Source of the DNA: Macrostomum lignano
Lineage: Eukaryota
DNA: 64,000 nt
Direction of reading: 5' to 3'
Assembly: GCA_002269645.1 (NCBI GenBank)
Contig: NIVC01000977.1
Location: forward strand, 310,001 to 374,000
In this document: piece after piece, positions 46,960 through 60,035 of the stretch
How the letters are laid out: each line of letters starts with the position of its first letter
Numbering within the stretch: position 1 is the stretch's first letter
Program-made: the position numbers and the translations under genes
Notes under the pieces: generated by a model
What the model saw: only the letters and a program-made list of their open reading frames with translations
What the model was told of the DNA's origin: nothing
The model's database searches: none

Positions 46960-48855
46960 ACTCTGGCATTCAGCATTACGCTCGTAGTCTATTAGCTGCT
47001 CTCCTGAGTTCGAAGCTGACAGGTCAGTTGCAGTCGGAATCGATTGAGTCGACTGCCAATTTAGTCGATGGGTTTCGTTTCTTCTTTTCACTGGAACCTG
47101 TGGTGGGATTAGCAAAAGATCGATTTCGCATATCGATTTAGTGATTTCAAGGACGACAAAATCATTCTTCTCTGCATGTCAGCTCCAGAAGATGCTAGTT
47201 TGCTTGCAGCTTTCTGTAGGAGCATTCTACTTTAGTAAAGTGTACCCATTCTAAAATAAGCTGTTTTTAATATGTCCCAACAAGTCTCTGTGCAGTGTGT
47301 CATCCGTTTGCCCATCAATTTGTTCTGGAGCCCTTTATTAATTGAGTTCTTTAGGTGACTTAACAAATGCGGAAAAAACTAGACACACACACAGTGGCCC
47401 AACACTTCGTGTCCCAATAATTGCTAGGAAAAATGCACTGCAGTGTTTAAGCATCTCCTCTGAGGGGCCCTTGCATGCATAGCTATAGAATCTGCTAAGA
47501 CCCGATCTGAGAGTTAAAAGTACAAAAAGTTATAACGCTTCTAGACACGAAAACGAATGCAGCCACAGCATGAACTAACCTTTCATTGAAGCTTCTGCTT
47601 AAGACTTTGATGCTGTGAAGCATTCTGGCATCTAGCATTACTCTCGTAGTCTATTAGCTGCTCTCCTGAGTTCGAAGCTGACAGGTCAGTTGCAGTCGGA
47701 ATCGATTGAGTCGACTGCCAATTTAGTCGATGGGTTTCGTTTCTTCTTTTCACTGGAACCTGTGGTGGGATTAGCAAAAGATCGATTTCGCATATCTGTT
47801 TAGTGATTTCAAGGACGACAAAATCATTCTTCTCTGCATGTCAGCTCCAGAAGATGCTAGTTTGCTTGCAGCTTTCTGTAGGAGCATTCTACTTTAGTAA
47901 AGTGTACCCATTCTAAAATAAGCTGTTTTTAATATGTCCCAACAAGTCTCTGTGCAGTGTGTCATCCGTTTGCCCATCAATTTGTTCTGGAGCCCTTTAT
48001 TAATTGAGTTCTTTAGGTGACTTAACAAATGCGGAAAAAACTAGACACACACACAGTGGCCCAACACTTCGTGTCCCAATAATTGCTAGGAAAAATGCAC
48101 TGCAGTGTTTAAGCATCTCCTCTGAGGGGCCCTTGCATGCATAGCTATAGAATCTGCTAAGACCCGATCTGAGAGTTAAAAGTACAAAAAGTTATAATGC
48201 TTCTAGACACGAAAACGAATGCAGCCACAGCATGAACTAACCTTTCATTGAAGCTTCTGCTTAAGACTTTGATGCTGTGAAGCATTCTGGCATCTAGCAT
48301 TACTCTCGTAGTCGATTAGCTGCTCTCCTGAGTTCGAAGCTGACAGGTCAGTTGCAGTCGGAATCGATTGAGTCGACTGCCAATTTAGTCAATGGGTTTC
48401 GTTTCTTCTTTTCACTGGAACCTGTGGTGGGATTAGCAAAAGATCGATTTCGCATATCGATTTAGTGATTTCAAGGACGACAAAATCATTCTTCTCTGCA
48501 TGTCAGCTCCAGAAGATGCTAGTTTGCTTGCAGCTTTCTGTAGGAGCATTCTACTTTAGTAAAGTGTACCCATTCTAAAATAAGCTGTTTTTAATATGTC
48601 CCAACAAGTCTCTGTGCAGTGTGTCATCCGTTTGCCCAACAATTTGTTCTGGAGCCCTTTATTAATTGAGTTCTTTAGGTGACTTAACAAATGCGGAAAA
48701 AACTAGACACACACACAGTGGCCCAACACTTCGTGTCCCAATAATTGCTAGGAAAAATGCACTGCAGTGTTTAAGCATCTCCTCTGAGGGGCCCTTGCAT
48801 GCATAGCTATAGAATCTGCTAAGACCCAATCTGAGAGTTAAAAGTACAAAACTTA
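46960..48855. repeat. 662-bp tandem triplication (~2.9 copies, near-identical)
   Basis: ctcctgagttcgaagctgacagg starts at 47001, 47663 and 48325. Confidence 0.95.
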
Positions 48856-50045
48856 TAATTTTTGTGGTTGGACACGTAGGCTATTGAATGTCAATGGATT
48901 CAGACGAAATGTCAAGTTTTACTCAAAGCTTTTACAGCTTACCGGTTAAAGTCGACGGATCCTTTGGCAATTGCGCCACATGGCAGTTGATCAAAGGTGA
49001 TATACCTGAAGTAAAGGTAGGTACTGCTTAGCAGGAGCAGTCTTTTTTATAGCATTTAAACATAAATGCTTCTTGTTTCCGACAAAGTTTTTTAATACCA
49101 CTTACATGTTTATCGCTGTGCCATTCCATGCTGTTCTTTCCATACCATGGTGACTCGGGTGCCATGGCAGAGGCAGAGTTGACCATTGATTTCAGCATGG
49201 CGAGTACATGCCAATTTTGTTTACCGTACGTTTGCGGGGTGGCGTCAATAATAGACCAAAATAAATGTACACTTAACTAGCAAGGGGACTCTGGTAAATT
49301 GGAGCCATGTACACAGGGGGTAGGGCTTAGTCCTAACATGTACGGGGTAAGTCCTAATATGAGTGGGCTTTTGTAAACGACACTCTAGCACACAGTTCCA
49401 ACAATTTATAGAATATCGAATGCGCGCAGCAGTCAATAGCATGAGTCCTAACAAGAGTGGGCTGTTGTATTCAACACTGCAACACTGTCCTAACAATTTA
49501 GTTCGTGTAGAGTACTGATGCCCATCACAGTCAGAAGTAAATTTAAGCCCTTGTCATTTCTTTAGGTTTATCTCCATCCAGAACCATCCTTTGACAATAA
49601 AATACCCTTAAAAGTGTTTTGCTATGCTTTGCTTTGTATGTATTTTAATGTATGCTATGTATTTACGTCTTGAAACAAAGACTGCAGCAAATGAATGCGC
49701 TTGAAATCTACTATTAGTAAAAATATGAGAAAAAACCAATAAAAATATGCGGGAGCAGATTAGCCATTTCAGTGTCCCAATAGTGATTTGGTCGAATTTT
49801 GTATCATTTTTCCTTATTGGGACGCCAGTTTTTGCTTATTTATTGACACAGCAAGTAAAATTATTAAAAATGAGTTGCACCATCAAAAAGAGGCTGTCGA
49901 GCTGAATCCATAGAGTATTTTTTTGAGCTGCTATTGTAACTTTTTTGGAAGTGTTGGACGGACTTGATGGGACAGTCCCAACATTTTTTTTGGCCCAACA
50001 GTGCGGGTCCCGTTGTACGCGTATGGCCCAACAAATGCCCCGTGC

Positions 50046-50048
<3 letters not shown>

Positions 50049-50090
<42 letters not shown>
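50049..50090. repeat. (CA)n microsatellite
   Basis: Read directly. Confidence 0.95.
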
Positions 50091-50092
<2 letters not shown>

Positions 50093-51562
50093 CCGATCTC
50101 ATACATGTATATCGGTTTTGGTTCTTAATTTAATCTATGACTATAGTTTAGTACGAGGTATTTGCCACTTGACTCGTACGTCATGTATACATGGCAATGT
50201 ACATGTGTATAGTTGCCAAGTTTATTCACAATAACAACTTTGAAACGTAAATGTACGTTTACTTTTGGTTCGAGTTTCCTTTACTCGTGTTTGACTCGAG
50301 TTGGGACAGCTACATGTGGTTTTAGTCTAGGCTTTATCGCTGTGTCGCTGCAGTACTTACGTAAGTCTCAATTCTGCTTGGTGCATGGGTAGCCACCAAA
50401 TGTAAGCAACTTTTCTGCGTTCGAGCCGATCCTGACCATAAAACACATACACGTCAATTGGTCTATAGGCATTACTGTGCATGCATGCTGTGCCAGGTCA
50501 TGCTACCTGAATAGCTACCTTAAATATCTGTGCCTGCACACAGTTTAAAATGTTACTGTGCGCCTGCATGACGCGTGCAGTGCGCTGGAATCGCACTGTA
50601 TAGGTAAGTATAGCCATGCGCTACATTTAGCAATTTTGGCAGTTAATTTGCCCCAAACTCAAAACTCTTTTGCTACCCATGCAGGCTCAGAAAGCTGACT
50701 TGATTATCTTTCAACTTGCATCCATACTTTTGTAGCTCTGCACGATCATTTAAGGTACAATTAAGGACGTATATATACTTTCAAGTTTTTTAGCTGAAAC
50801 TAAAAAAAAACAAAAAATCTGGTTAGTTTTTTATTTGAAACATTAAAAACTCAAGCGTAATAGAGTAAGCTGCGAAACGAATTTCGAAAAGATTCACTTC
50901 CTTTGCCATCGTAGTACATGTAAGGTAGTAATCCGGCATAATTAAGTGTAGCACCCAATCTACTCTAGTTAATGTCCATCAATGCGGCACAACCAATCTA
51001 TTATACCTAGCATAAACCGGGCCCGTGCGCGCCACACTTTGTGGCAGCCAGAAACCAAGAAAATCAGCCTCACAGTCAGTTGGTTCCCCCCTTACCAGCT
51101 CAAAACTCCCAATCGTTGAGTCTTCTGACTCCCTTCTCCCCCCCCGCCCACACACACACAGATGCGATCTGCTGGGGTGGCACAAGAGGAAATTAGTAGC
51201 CAACTCACGCTCTCCCAGAACGCGCATTTATCCCCGGCACGCTGGGCCGGCGCGGGGGCTCCCTTCGCTTCAACCCTCCCCCCGTCACTGCACTTCCTCC
51301 CCACCATATGCGAGGAGGGGATATATCAACGAGAAAGAGGAACTGCAGAGGCTGCGCCAGACAGAATCGAACAGTCCCGATTAGATCCGGTCAAACTAAT
51401 TGCTATTGGGGGCCATTGTAACTCCCTGGCATGCAATGGCACTCCTATTGTCGCTTGGCAGGCTCAGGATGCGAGTCGAAGGAAGCAGGCGGGCCCCCGG
51501 CGGCACTCTATATGATCGAAACTATAGTGCTATTGACAGGCTGGGCGGGACAGGTGAGTTGC

Positions 51563-51730
51563 TTGTCTGCTCTTGTCTTCTGTCCCATCACCATTGTGAG
51601 TCCATCCCTGTCTCCGGCGTTTCATTCTCTCCTCCGACTTGCCGTTTGTCTGCTCTTGTCTTCTGTCCCATCACCATTGTGAGTCCATCCCTGTCTCCGG
51701 CGTTTCTCCCTCTCCTCCGACTTGCCGTTG
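51563..51730 (+). repeat. Direct tandem duplication of ~83 bp
   Basis: ttgtctgctcttgtcttctgtcccatcaccattgtgagtccatccctgtctccggcgttt occurs twice. Confidence 0.9.
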
Positions 51731-51974
51731 ATATCGGTTACTTCGGATTAGGTTGAGCTAGAGCGATTATGGGAGGTCAGTCTTGAGTCCATTCTTCACG
51801 CACGTATCAGACCGCCGGTTCCAGACCTTCGGTTGCTAGACTCCTATGCTTACACTTGTACGCCCCCGCTACCGACCCCTAATCGTTTCATTTAGGCGTC
51901 TTTCTTTCACTTTCCACTTATAGCACTTCGAACCTGACCTCACCTCGCGCTTTGACGTTCTTCTGCTTTGCTTC

Positions 51975-52500
51975 CATTTCCCCTCTCTCCATCTCCCCTC
52001 TCTCTATCTCCTCTTTCTCTATCTCCTCTCCCCTCTCTCTATCTCCCCTCTCTCTATCTCCTCTCCCCTCTCTCCATCTCCCCTCTCTCTATCTCCTCTC
52101 CCCTCTCTCCATCTCCCCTCTCTCTATCTCCTCTCCCCTCTCTCCATCTCCCCTCTCTCTATCTCCTCTCCCCTCTCTCCATCTCCCCTCTCTCTATCTC
52201 CTCTCCCCTCTCTCCATCTCCCCTCTCTCTATCTCCATCTCCCCTCTCTCCATCTCCCCTCTCTCCATCTCGCCTCTCTCCATCTCCCCTCTCTCCATCT
52301 CCCCTCTCTCCATCTCCCCTCTCTCCATCTCCCCTCTCTCTATCTCCTCTCCCCTCTCTCCATCTCCCCTCTCTCTATCTCCATCTCCCCTCTCCCCTCT
52401 CTCCACCATCTCCCCTCTCCCCTCTCTCCACCATCTCCCCCTCTCCCCTCTCTCCACCATCTCCCCCTCTCCCCTCTCTCCACCATCTCCCCCTCTCTTC
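51975..52500. repeat. Polypyrimidine/polypurine CT-rich low-complexity repeat
   Basis: ctctctccatctccc-type units. Confidence 0.92.
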
Positions 52501-53068
52501 ATCTACCATTACCAATAGTAAAAGTATACAGTGATAATATTAATATTGATAACAATATAGGAAGTTCCATACTCCTATATCTTGCTCTGCAGTTAATATT
52601 GTTATTATTAACACACACTGGCACAGATGGTGCACGCGGAAAGACACTTTAGGATCGGTCGGGCGCGCCTGTAGGCTGAAGGGGGGGGGGTGTCAACCAC
52701 CAAACCCTGCAGTTCAATTCGATCGTATAGATAAGAAAATTTGCGCGCACCAAAAACTATTATTTTCATCGATCATGCTCACATTCCCTGAGAGAGCTGG
52801 CGTGTTATATTATACGAGCTATAAGTACTCTGGCACAGACTGCAGGGCCGCCCTCTGACCTCCCTCCCCCGTCGTGCCTCTCTTTACTCTCAGTGGGCAG
52901 TTTTGAGTCGAGGCGTTCTTATCAGCTAGCTTTGAAAAAGGGGGGAAAGAGGCCGTTTCTCTGCTTGAGCGCGAAGAGAGCAGCCGAAATCGAATATTAG
53001 CTGGCTATAATTCTTAAGTCACCACCACGACCGCCTTTGCATTGCATGCGGCAGCATTGCCAGGCCTC

Positions 53069-56000
53069 ATGTGGCGCCTTCGAAGGGCCGGCCGGATCTG
53101 CTCGGCCATCTGTCATCGAGCCTCCAACCGATTGAAGAGTCCCGACTGCCTGCTGTGCATCTTCACCTGTACCTTCGTGTACGTGCTCTGCTTCATATTC
53201 ATCCTGGCGATTGTCGTCCGCAGCGGCGGCTACGGCAGCGGCTCCAACAAGCACTCGATGCTCTTTCGCATGAAGGACGCGTCAGCTGAGGCCGCCAACG
53301 CGGCTGTTGAATCTGCCGGGCTGGCAGATTCTGATGATGCCACCGGCGGCGGCGCTGGCGCAGGCGCTGGTGCTGGCAGCAGCATGGGAGGCGGCAGCGG
53401 CAACGGCGAAGTGCTCTACGAACGGAAATCCCTCGACGACGTGTTCGTCGAGGAGAACGTCTTTAACGAATCGCCTGGTGGCGACGCTGGCAGCGACGGT
53501 CAGCGCTCGGAGCATCAGCTGGACCCGGAGGTGCTCACGGAGACCGGGTCGTTTGCCGGCTACGGCAGCCAGGACTTCCGCTATCCGCTCAGCGTCGACA
53601 TGCCGGAACTGCTGGCCAGACTGCGCTCCGACCTGCCAGTCTCCGTTAGCCCCATCAACCAGTTCAGTTCGCCCTGGCTGATTCAACACTCAGGCGAGTG
53701 CAACAGAACCGCAGGCGGCCAACCGACCGAGCTGCTGGTGCTGGTGAAGTCTCACCCGGCCAATCTGGCCAACCGCGAGGCCATTCGGCGCACCTGGGCC
53801 CGGCCCGACTGCTGGCGCCAGCGGGTTCGAGTCTACTTTTTGCTTGGCGCCGAGGCTGCCTACGGCGTCAGGCGGAGGCGCCGGATCCTCCGCCGGGTGC
53901 GCGACTGGCGCCAATCGCTGCTGGACGAGGACTCGCGCCATGGCGACCTGCTGGTGCGCGAGTTCGTTGATCACTACTTCAATAACACGCTCAAGCTGAT
54001 GTCGGGCATCCAGTGGTCCGACTCCGAGTGTCCCGGAGCTCGATTCACGGCGTTTGTCGACGACGACTTCTTTGTTAATCCGTATCAGGTGAGAGATGCG
54101 GGTCTGCAGCTGCATTGACTATTGAAGTTTGAAATCACACAGGTGGAGCCTCAATAGGTGATGGGACATGTGACGGCTAACACCTGAAATGATTGATTTC
54201 CCCTGACACTCAAAGTGGCTTCTCCTGACACTCAAAGTGGCTTCTCCTGACACTCAAAGTGGCTTCTCCTGACACTCAAAGTGGCTTCTCCTGACACTCA
54301 AAGTGGCTTCTCCTGACACTCAAAGTGGCTTCTCCTGACACTCAAAGTGGCCTCTCAGTGGCCTCTCAGTGGCCTCTCCTGACACTGAAAGGGGCTTCTT
54401 CTGACACTGAAAGGGGCTTCCCCTGACACTGAAAGTGGCTTCCCCTGACACTGAAAGGGGCTTCCTCTGACACTGAAAGGGGCTTCCCCTGACACTGAAA
54501 GTGGCTTCCCCTGACACTGAAAGGGGCTTCCCCTGACACCGAAAGTGGCTTCCCCTGACACTGAAAGTGGCTTCTCCTGACACTCAAAGTGGCCTCTCCT
54601 GACACTCAAAGTGTATTCTCCTGACACTGAAGGTGGCTTCCCCTGACACTAAAAGTGGCTTCCCCTGACAACCAAAGTCGCTTTGTGACAAGAATCAGTC
54701 AACAAAATCTGCAGGTGGAGCGTCAGTTGAACTCTGTCAGCGCCGCAGTCTATGGCAGATTCCTAGGCGGCTATGTCTGGCGCACCTCTCTGCCCAGAAG
54801 GCGAAGTCGGAAGCATCGCAGCAAGTGGGACATCTCCGTGTCCGAGTATCCATGGTCATCCTACCCGCCCTATGTAGCTGCCGGAGCTCTGTTCATGTCC
54901 AGACCGGTGCGTCTTGGGCAGTGGGAGCGGTGATGCAGGATTTGGTCAATAAAAAGAGGAAAAGCACAATGAACAGGAAAGTGTGCGGACAGGAAAACTA
55001 TGGGAGCGGACAAGCTGATTATAAAATATGGAAGTTGAGAGCGAAGACATTACAAGCAGGTGGGAACGGAAGCGAATATGGGAGCGGAGATTACATGTAG
55101 AACACAGGTGGGAGCGGAGATTACATGTAGAACACAGGTGGGAGCGGAGATTACATGTAGAACACAGGTGGGAGCGGAGATTACATGTAGAACACAGGTG
55201 GGAGCGGTGATTGCATGTAGGGACCGGAGATTCAAACTCAGGTGGGACCGGGGATTCAAACACAGGTGGGACCGGGGATTCAAACACAGGTGGGACCGGG
55301 GATTCAAACACAGGTGGGAGCAGGGATTCAAACACAGGTGGGACCGGGGATTCAAACACAGGTGGGAGCAGGGATTCAAACACAGGTGGGAGCAGGGATT
55401 CAAACACAGGTGGGAGCGGGGATTCAAACACAGGTGGGACCGGGGATTCAAACACAGGTGGGAGCGGGGATTCCAACACAGGTGGGAGCGGAGATTCAAA
55501 CACAGGTGGGACCGGGGATTCAAACACAGGTGGGAGCGGAGATTAAAACACGGGTGGGACCGGGGATTCAAACACAGGTGGGAGCGGAGATTCAAACACA
55601 GGTGGGAGCGGAGATTCAAACACAGGTGGGAGCGGAGATTCAAACACGGGTGGGACCGGGGATTCAAACACGGGTGGGAGCGGGGATTCCAACACAGGTG
55701 GGAGCGGGGATTCAAACACAGGTGGGAGCGGAGATTCAAACACAGGTGGGACCGGGGATTCAAACACAGGTGGGAGCAGGGATTCAAACACAGGTGGGAG
55801 CAGGGATTCAAACACAGGTGGGACCGGGGATTCAAACACAGGTGGGACCGGGGATTCAAACACAGGTGGGAGCGGGGATTCAAACACAGGTGGGAGCGGG
55901 GATTCCAACACAGGTGGGAGCGGAGATTCAAACACAGGTGGGACCGGGGATTCAAACACAGGTGGGAGCGGAGATTTAAACACAGGTGGGACCGGGGATT

Positions 56001-57980
56001 CAAACACGGGTGGGAGCGGGGATTCCAACACGGGTGGGAGCGGGGATTCAAACACAGGTGGGAGCGGAGATTCAAACACGGGTGGGAGCGGGGATTCAAA
56101 CACAGGTGGGAGCAGGGATTCAAACACAGGTGGGAGCGGGGATTCAAACACGGGTGGGAGCGGAGATTCAAACACGGGTGGGAGCGGGGATTCAAACACG
56201 GGTGGGAGCGGGGATTCAAACACAGGTGGGAGCGGGGATTCAAACACAGGTGGGAGCGGAGATTCAAACACAGGTGGGACCGGGGATTCAAACACAGGTG
56301 GGAGCAGGGATTCAAACACAGGTGGGAGCAGGGATTCAAACACAGGTGGGACCGGGGATTCAAACACAGGTGGGACCGGGGATTCAAACACAGGTGGGAG
56401 CGGGGATTCAAACACAGGTGGGAGCGGGGATTCCAACACAGGTGGGAGCGGAGATTCAAACACAGGTGGGACCGGGGATTCAAACACAGGTGGGAGCGGA
56501 GATTTAAACACAGGTGGGACCGGGGATTCAAACACAGGTGGGAGCGGAGATTCAAACACGGGTGGGAGCGGGGATTCAAACACAGGTGGGAGCGGAGATT
56601 CAAACACGGGTGGGAGCGGAGATTCAAACACAGGTGGGAGCAGGGATTCAAACACAGGTGGGAGCGGGGATTCAAACACAGGTGGGAGCGGAGATTCAAA
56701 CACGGGTGGGAGCGGGGATTTAAACACAGGTGGGAGCGGAGATTCAAACACGGGTGGGACCGGGGATTCAAACACGGGTGGGAGCGGGGATTCCAACACA
56801 GGTGGGAGCGGGGATTCAAACACAGGTGGGAGCGGAGATTCAAACACAGGTGGGAGCGGAGATTCAAACACGGGTGGGAGCGGGGATTCAAACACAGGTG
56901 GGAGCGGAGATTCAAACACGGGTGGGACCGGGGATTCAAACACGGGTGGGAGCGGGGATTCAAACACAGGTGGGAGCGGGGATTCAAACACAGGTGGGAG
57001 CGGAGATTCAAACACGGGTGGGAGCGGAGATTCAAACACGGGTGGGAGCGGGGATTCAAACACAGGTGGGAGCGGAGATTCAAACACAGGTGGGAGCGGA
57101 GATTCAAACACGGGTGGGAGCGGGGATTCAAACACAGGTGGGAGCGGAGATTCAAACACGGGTGGGAGCGGGGATTCAAACACGGGTGGGAGCGGGGATT
57201 CAAACACGGGTGGGAGCGGGGATTCAAACACAGGTGGGAGCGGAGATTCAAACACGGGTGGGAGCGGGGATTCAAACACGGGTGGGACCGGGGATTCAAA
57301 CACAGGTGGGAGCGGAGATTCAAACACGGGTGGGAGCGGGGATTCAAACACGGGTGGGAGCGGGGATTCAAACACGGGTGGGAGCGGGGATTCAAACACG
57401 GGTGGGAGCGGGGATTCCAACACAGGTGGGAGCGGGGATTCAAACACAGGTGGGAGCGGAGATTCAAACACAGGTGGGAGCGGAGATTCAAACACAGGTG
57501 GGAGCGGAGATTCAAACACGGGTGGGACCGGGGATTCAAACACGGGTGGGAGCGGGGATTCCAACACAGGTGGGAGCGGGGATTCAAACACAGGTGGGAG
57601 CGGAGATTCAAACACAGGTGGGACCGGGGATTCAAACACAGGTGGGAGCGGGGATTCAAACACGGGTGACATAACTGGCTCAACCCCGGCCGCAGGTGCT
57701 GGAAGACATCGCCGTTGCCATGCTGTACACCCGATACCTTCGCTTCGATGACATCTTCATCGGCCTGGTGGCGCACAAGCTGCTGCTGTCGCCGCTGCAC
57801 ATGGAGTCCGTCCGGGCCTACGAGCCCGTGTGGTCCAACTCCACGGACACACAGGCTTTGCTGAGACTGGCGGCCTCTCACGGCTACAAGGCGCCATCAG
57901 AATTGGACAAAATGTGGCAGCGGCTGCATCTGGCAGGGCTGTGCACCGCGGCAGCAGTCCGGACAGCCGGTGCCGGGTAA
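53069..57980 (+). CDS. brn: Brainiac-type beta-1,3-glycosyltransferase (GT31, Galactosyl_T); 3 exons, about 498 aa, type II membrane protein
   Basis: Exons 53069-54088, 54715-54906 and 57696-57980 (phase 0, GT-AG). N-terminal TM CIFTCTFVYVLCFIFILAIVV. Motifs LVKSHPANLANREAIRRTW, FVDHYFNNTLK, FVDDDFFV, KWDISVSEYPWSSYPPYVAAGA and RFDDIFIGLVA are closest to recalled Drosophila Brainiac. Confidence 0.88.
54200..54672. repeat. 22-bp minisatellite, brn intron 1
   Basis: (cctgacactcaaagtggcttct)n and variants. Confidence 0.93.
55075..57669. repeat. 24-bp minisatellite (over 100 copies), brn intron 2
   Basis: (ggattcaaacacaggtgggagcgg)n; the first four units are a 30-bp variant. Confidence 0.98.
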
Positions 57981-58059
57981 CGGTTGTTGAGGCTGCCTTG
58001 CTTTTCCCAATCCAACAACACAACAACAGCGGCAGCTCAGCAACACCAACAACTAAACA

Positions 58060-58970
58060 ACCCCAACAGCTCAACAACCCCAAGAATTCAACAACCCCAG
58101 CAATTCAACAACCCTAGAAATTCAACAACCCCAGCAATTCAACAACCCCAGCAATTCAACAACCCCAGCAATTCAACAACCCCAGCAATTCAACAACCCT
58201 AGAAATTCAACAACCCCAGCAATTCAACAACCCTAGAAATTCAACAACCCCAGCAATTCAACAACCCTAGAAATTCAACAACCCCAGCAATTCAACAACC
58301 CAGCAATTCAACAACCCCAGCAATTCAACAACCCCAGCAATTCAACAACCCTAGAAATTCAACAACCCCAGCAATTCAACAACCCCAGCAATTCAACAAC
58401 CCCAGCAATTCAACAACCCCAGCAATTCAACAACCCCAGCAATTCAACAACCCCAGCAATTCAACAACCCCAGCAATTCAACAACCCCAGCAATTCAACA
58501 ACCCCAGCAATTCAACAACCCCAGCAATTCAACAACCCCAGCAATTCAACAACCCCAGCAATTCAACAACCCCAGCAATTCAACAACCCCAGCAATTCAA
58601 CAACCCCAGCAATTCAACAACCCCAGCAATTCAACAACCCCAGCAATTCAACAACCCCAGCAATTCAACAACCCCAGCAATTCAACAACCCCAGCAATTC
58701 AACAACCCCAGCAATTCAACAACCCTAGAAATTCAACAACCCCAGCAATTCAACAACCCCAGCAATTCAACAACCCTAGAAATTCAACAACCCCAGCAAT
58801 TCAACAACCCCAGCAATTCAACAACCGCAGCAATTCAACAACCCCAGCAATTCAACAACCCCAGCAATTCAACAACCCTAGAAATTCAACAACCGCAGCA
58901 ATTCAACAACCCCAGCAATTCAACAACCGCAGCAATTCAACAACCCTAGAAATTCAACAACCCTAGCAAC
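58060..58970. repeat. 17-bp minisatellite downstream of brn
   Basis: (agcaattcaacaacccc)n. Confidence 0.95.
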
Positions 58971-59439
58971 TCAAAAAATTTCGCAATCGCAATAATCTCA
59001 TCATACCATCTCAACAACCTGGGGTCCGAAGGGAAGCGGAAGTCGTGCAAAATTGAAGCTCGTATTAAAACCCTGTCTTTTCTGTCCTTTCAATTGCCAT
59101 GAGCTCAAGCAAAGTTTCAAGTCGTACAAAAGTGATTTATATGATCGTCCTTAATAATTTATATCTTTAACGTATTCAAATTTTGATTTATCGGTTTTTT
59201 GTGAAACTTTTCTAGCCTGCAGTGTGCGAAGTTTTGCTCATGTCACTTTAGAAATGATTTCATGATTTCTCTGTGTTACAAATATATTGGATAATTTTTA
59301 ATATAAATAAATAGCTCAGAAAAGTACAGCTGAGAGTGTACTTTATTAATGCACAAGCGAATGATACTGAAAAATTGCATCTTTTCTTTGCTTTACTGAC
59401 ACGGTTATTGCAACAACAGCTCAAAAACTATGCACTACA

Positions 59440-59670
59440 TAACATCACACCATCTCAACAACCCCACACCATCTTAACAACCCCACACCATCTCAGCAAC
59501 CCCACACCATCTCAACAACCCCACACCATCTCAACAACCCACACTGTTTTAAACAACGCTACACCATCTCAACAACCCACACCATCTCAACAATCTCAAT
59601 ACCAACAACCCACACCGTTCTCAAAAACCCCACACCGTCTCAACAGCCCCACACTAACTCAACAACCGCA
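59440..59670. repeat. Degenerate ~20-bp repeat
   Basis: ccatctcaacaaccccacac units. Confidence 0.8.
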
Positions 59671-60035
59671 CATTACGCGCTCGTTCCATCCCCTACAGCA
59701 ACAAGCACAATATACTCGTTAAATCTCAACAATAGTGAAAACAGTGACCTAATTTCTAGAAAATTGAACATCTATAAGTATGGCTTAAACTAATTGGAGA
59801 AATTAATCTGCATGTGTAGGACAGGGTCGTAGACTAAACTCTGTACTTCCATATTTATTCAACAAACTATGCACGTACATCAAGTGTACAGATCAAATCA
59901 GTCACGTGACTTAGCAAAAAGTCAATAAATCAGTCAGCAACCTCAGCCAGAGAATATAAGACGTCTCCGTTGAAAGTGAGCTTGAATTTGATAGCATCAG
60001 ACGGTCAGCACAATCATAGCTAGCCAATTGAGACA

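Noticed and set aside
50979-51515. Short ORFs resembling RT (EADFLGFWL) or gag
   Set aside because: A single weak motif, no flanking RT motifs and no LTR or TSD.
55050-57881. Very long ORFs in the repeat arrays (943, 869, 709 aa; also 13564, 19072, 20090, 22646, 24107, 32065-32889, 63098)
   Set aside because: They are translations of stop-free tandem units, open in several frames and on both strands, and lie within introns defined by splice sites or in intergenic arrays.
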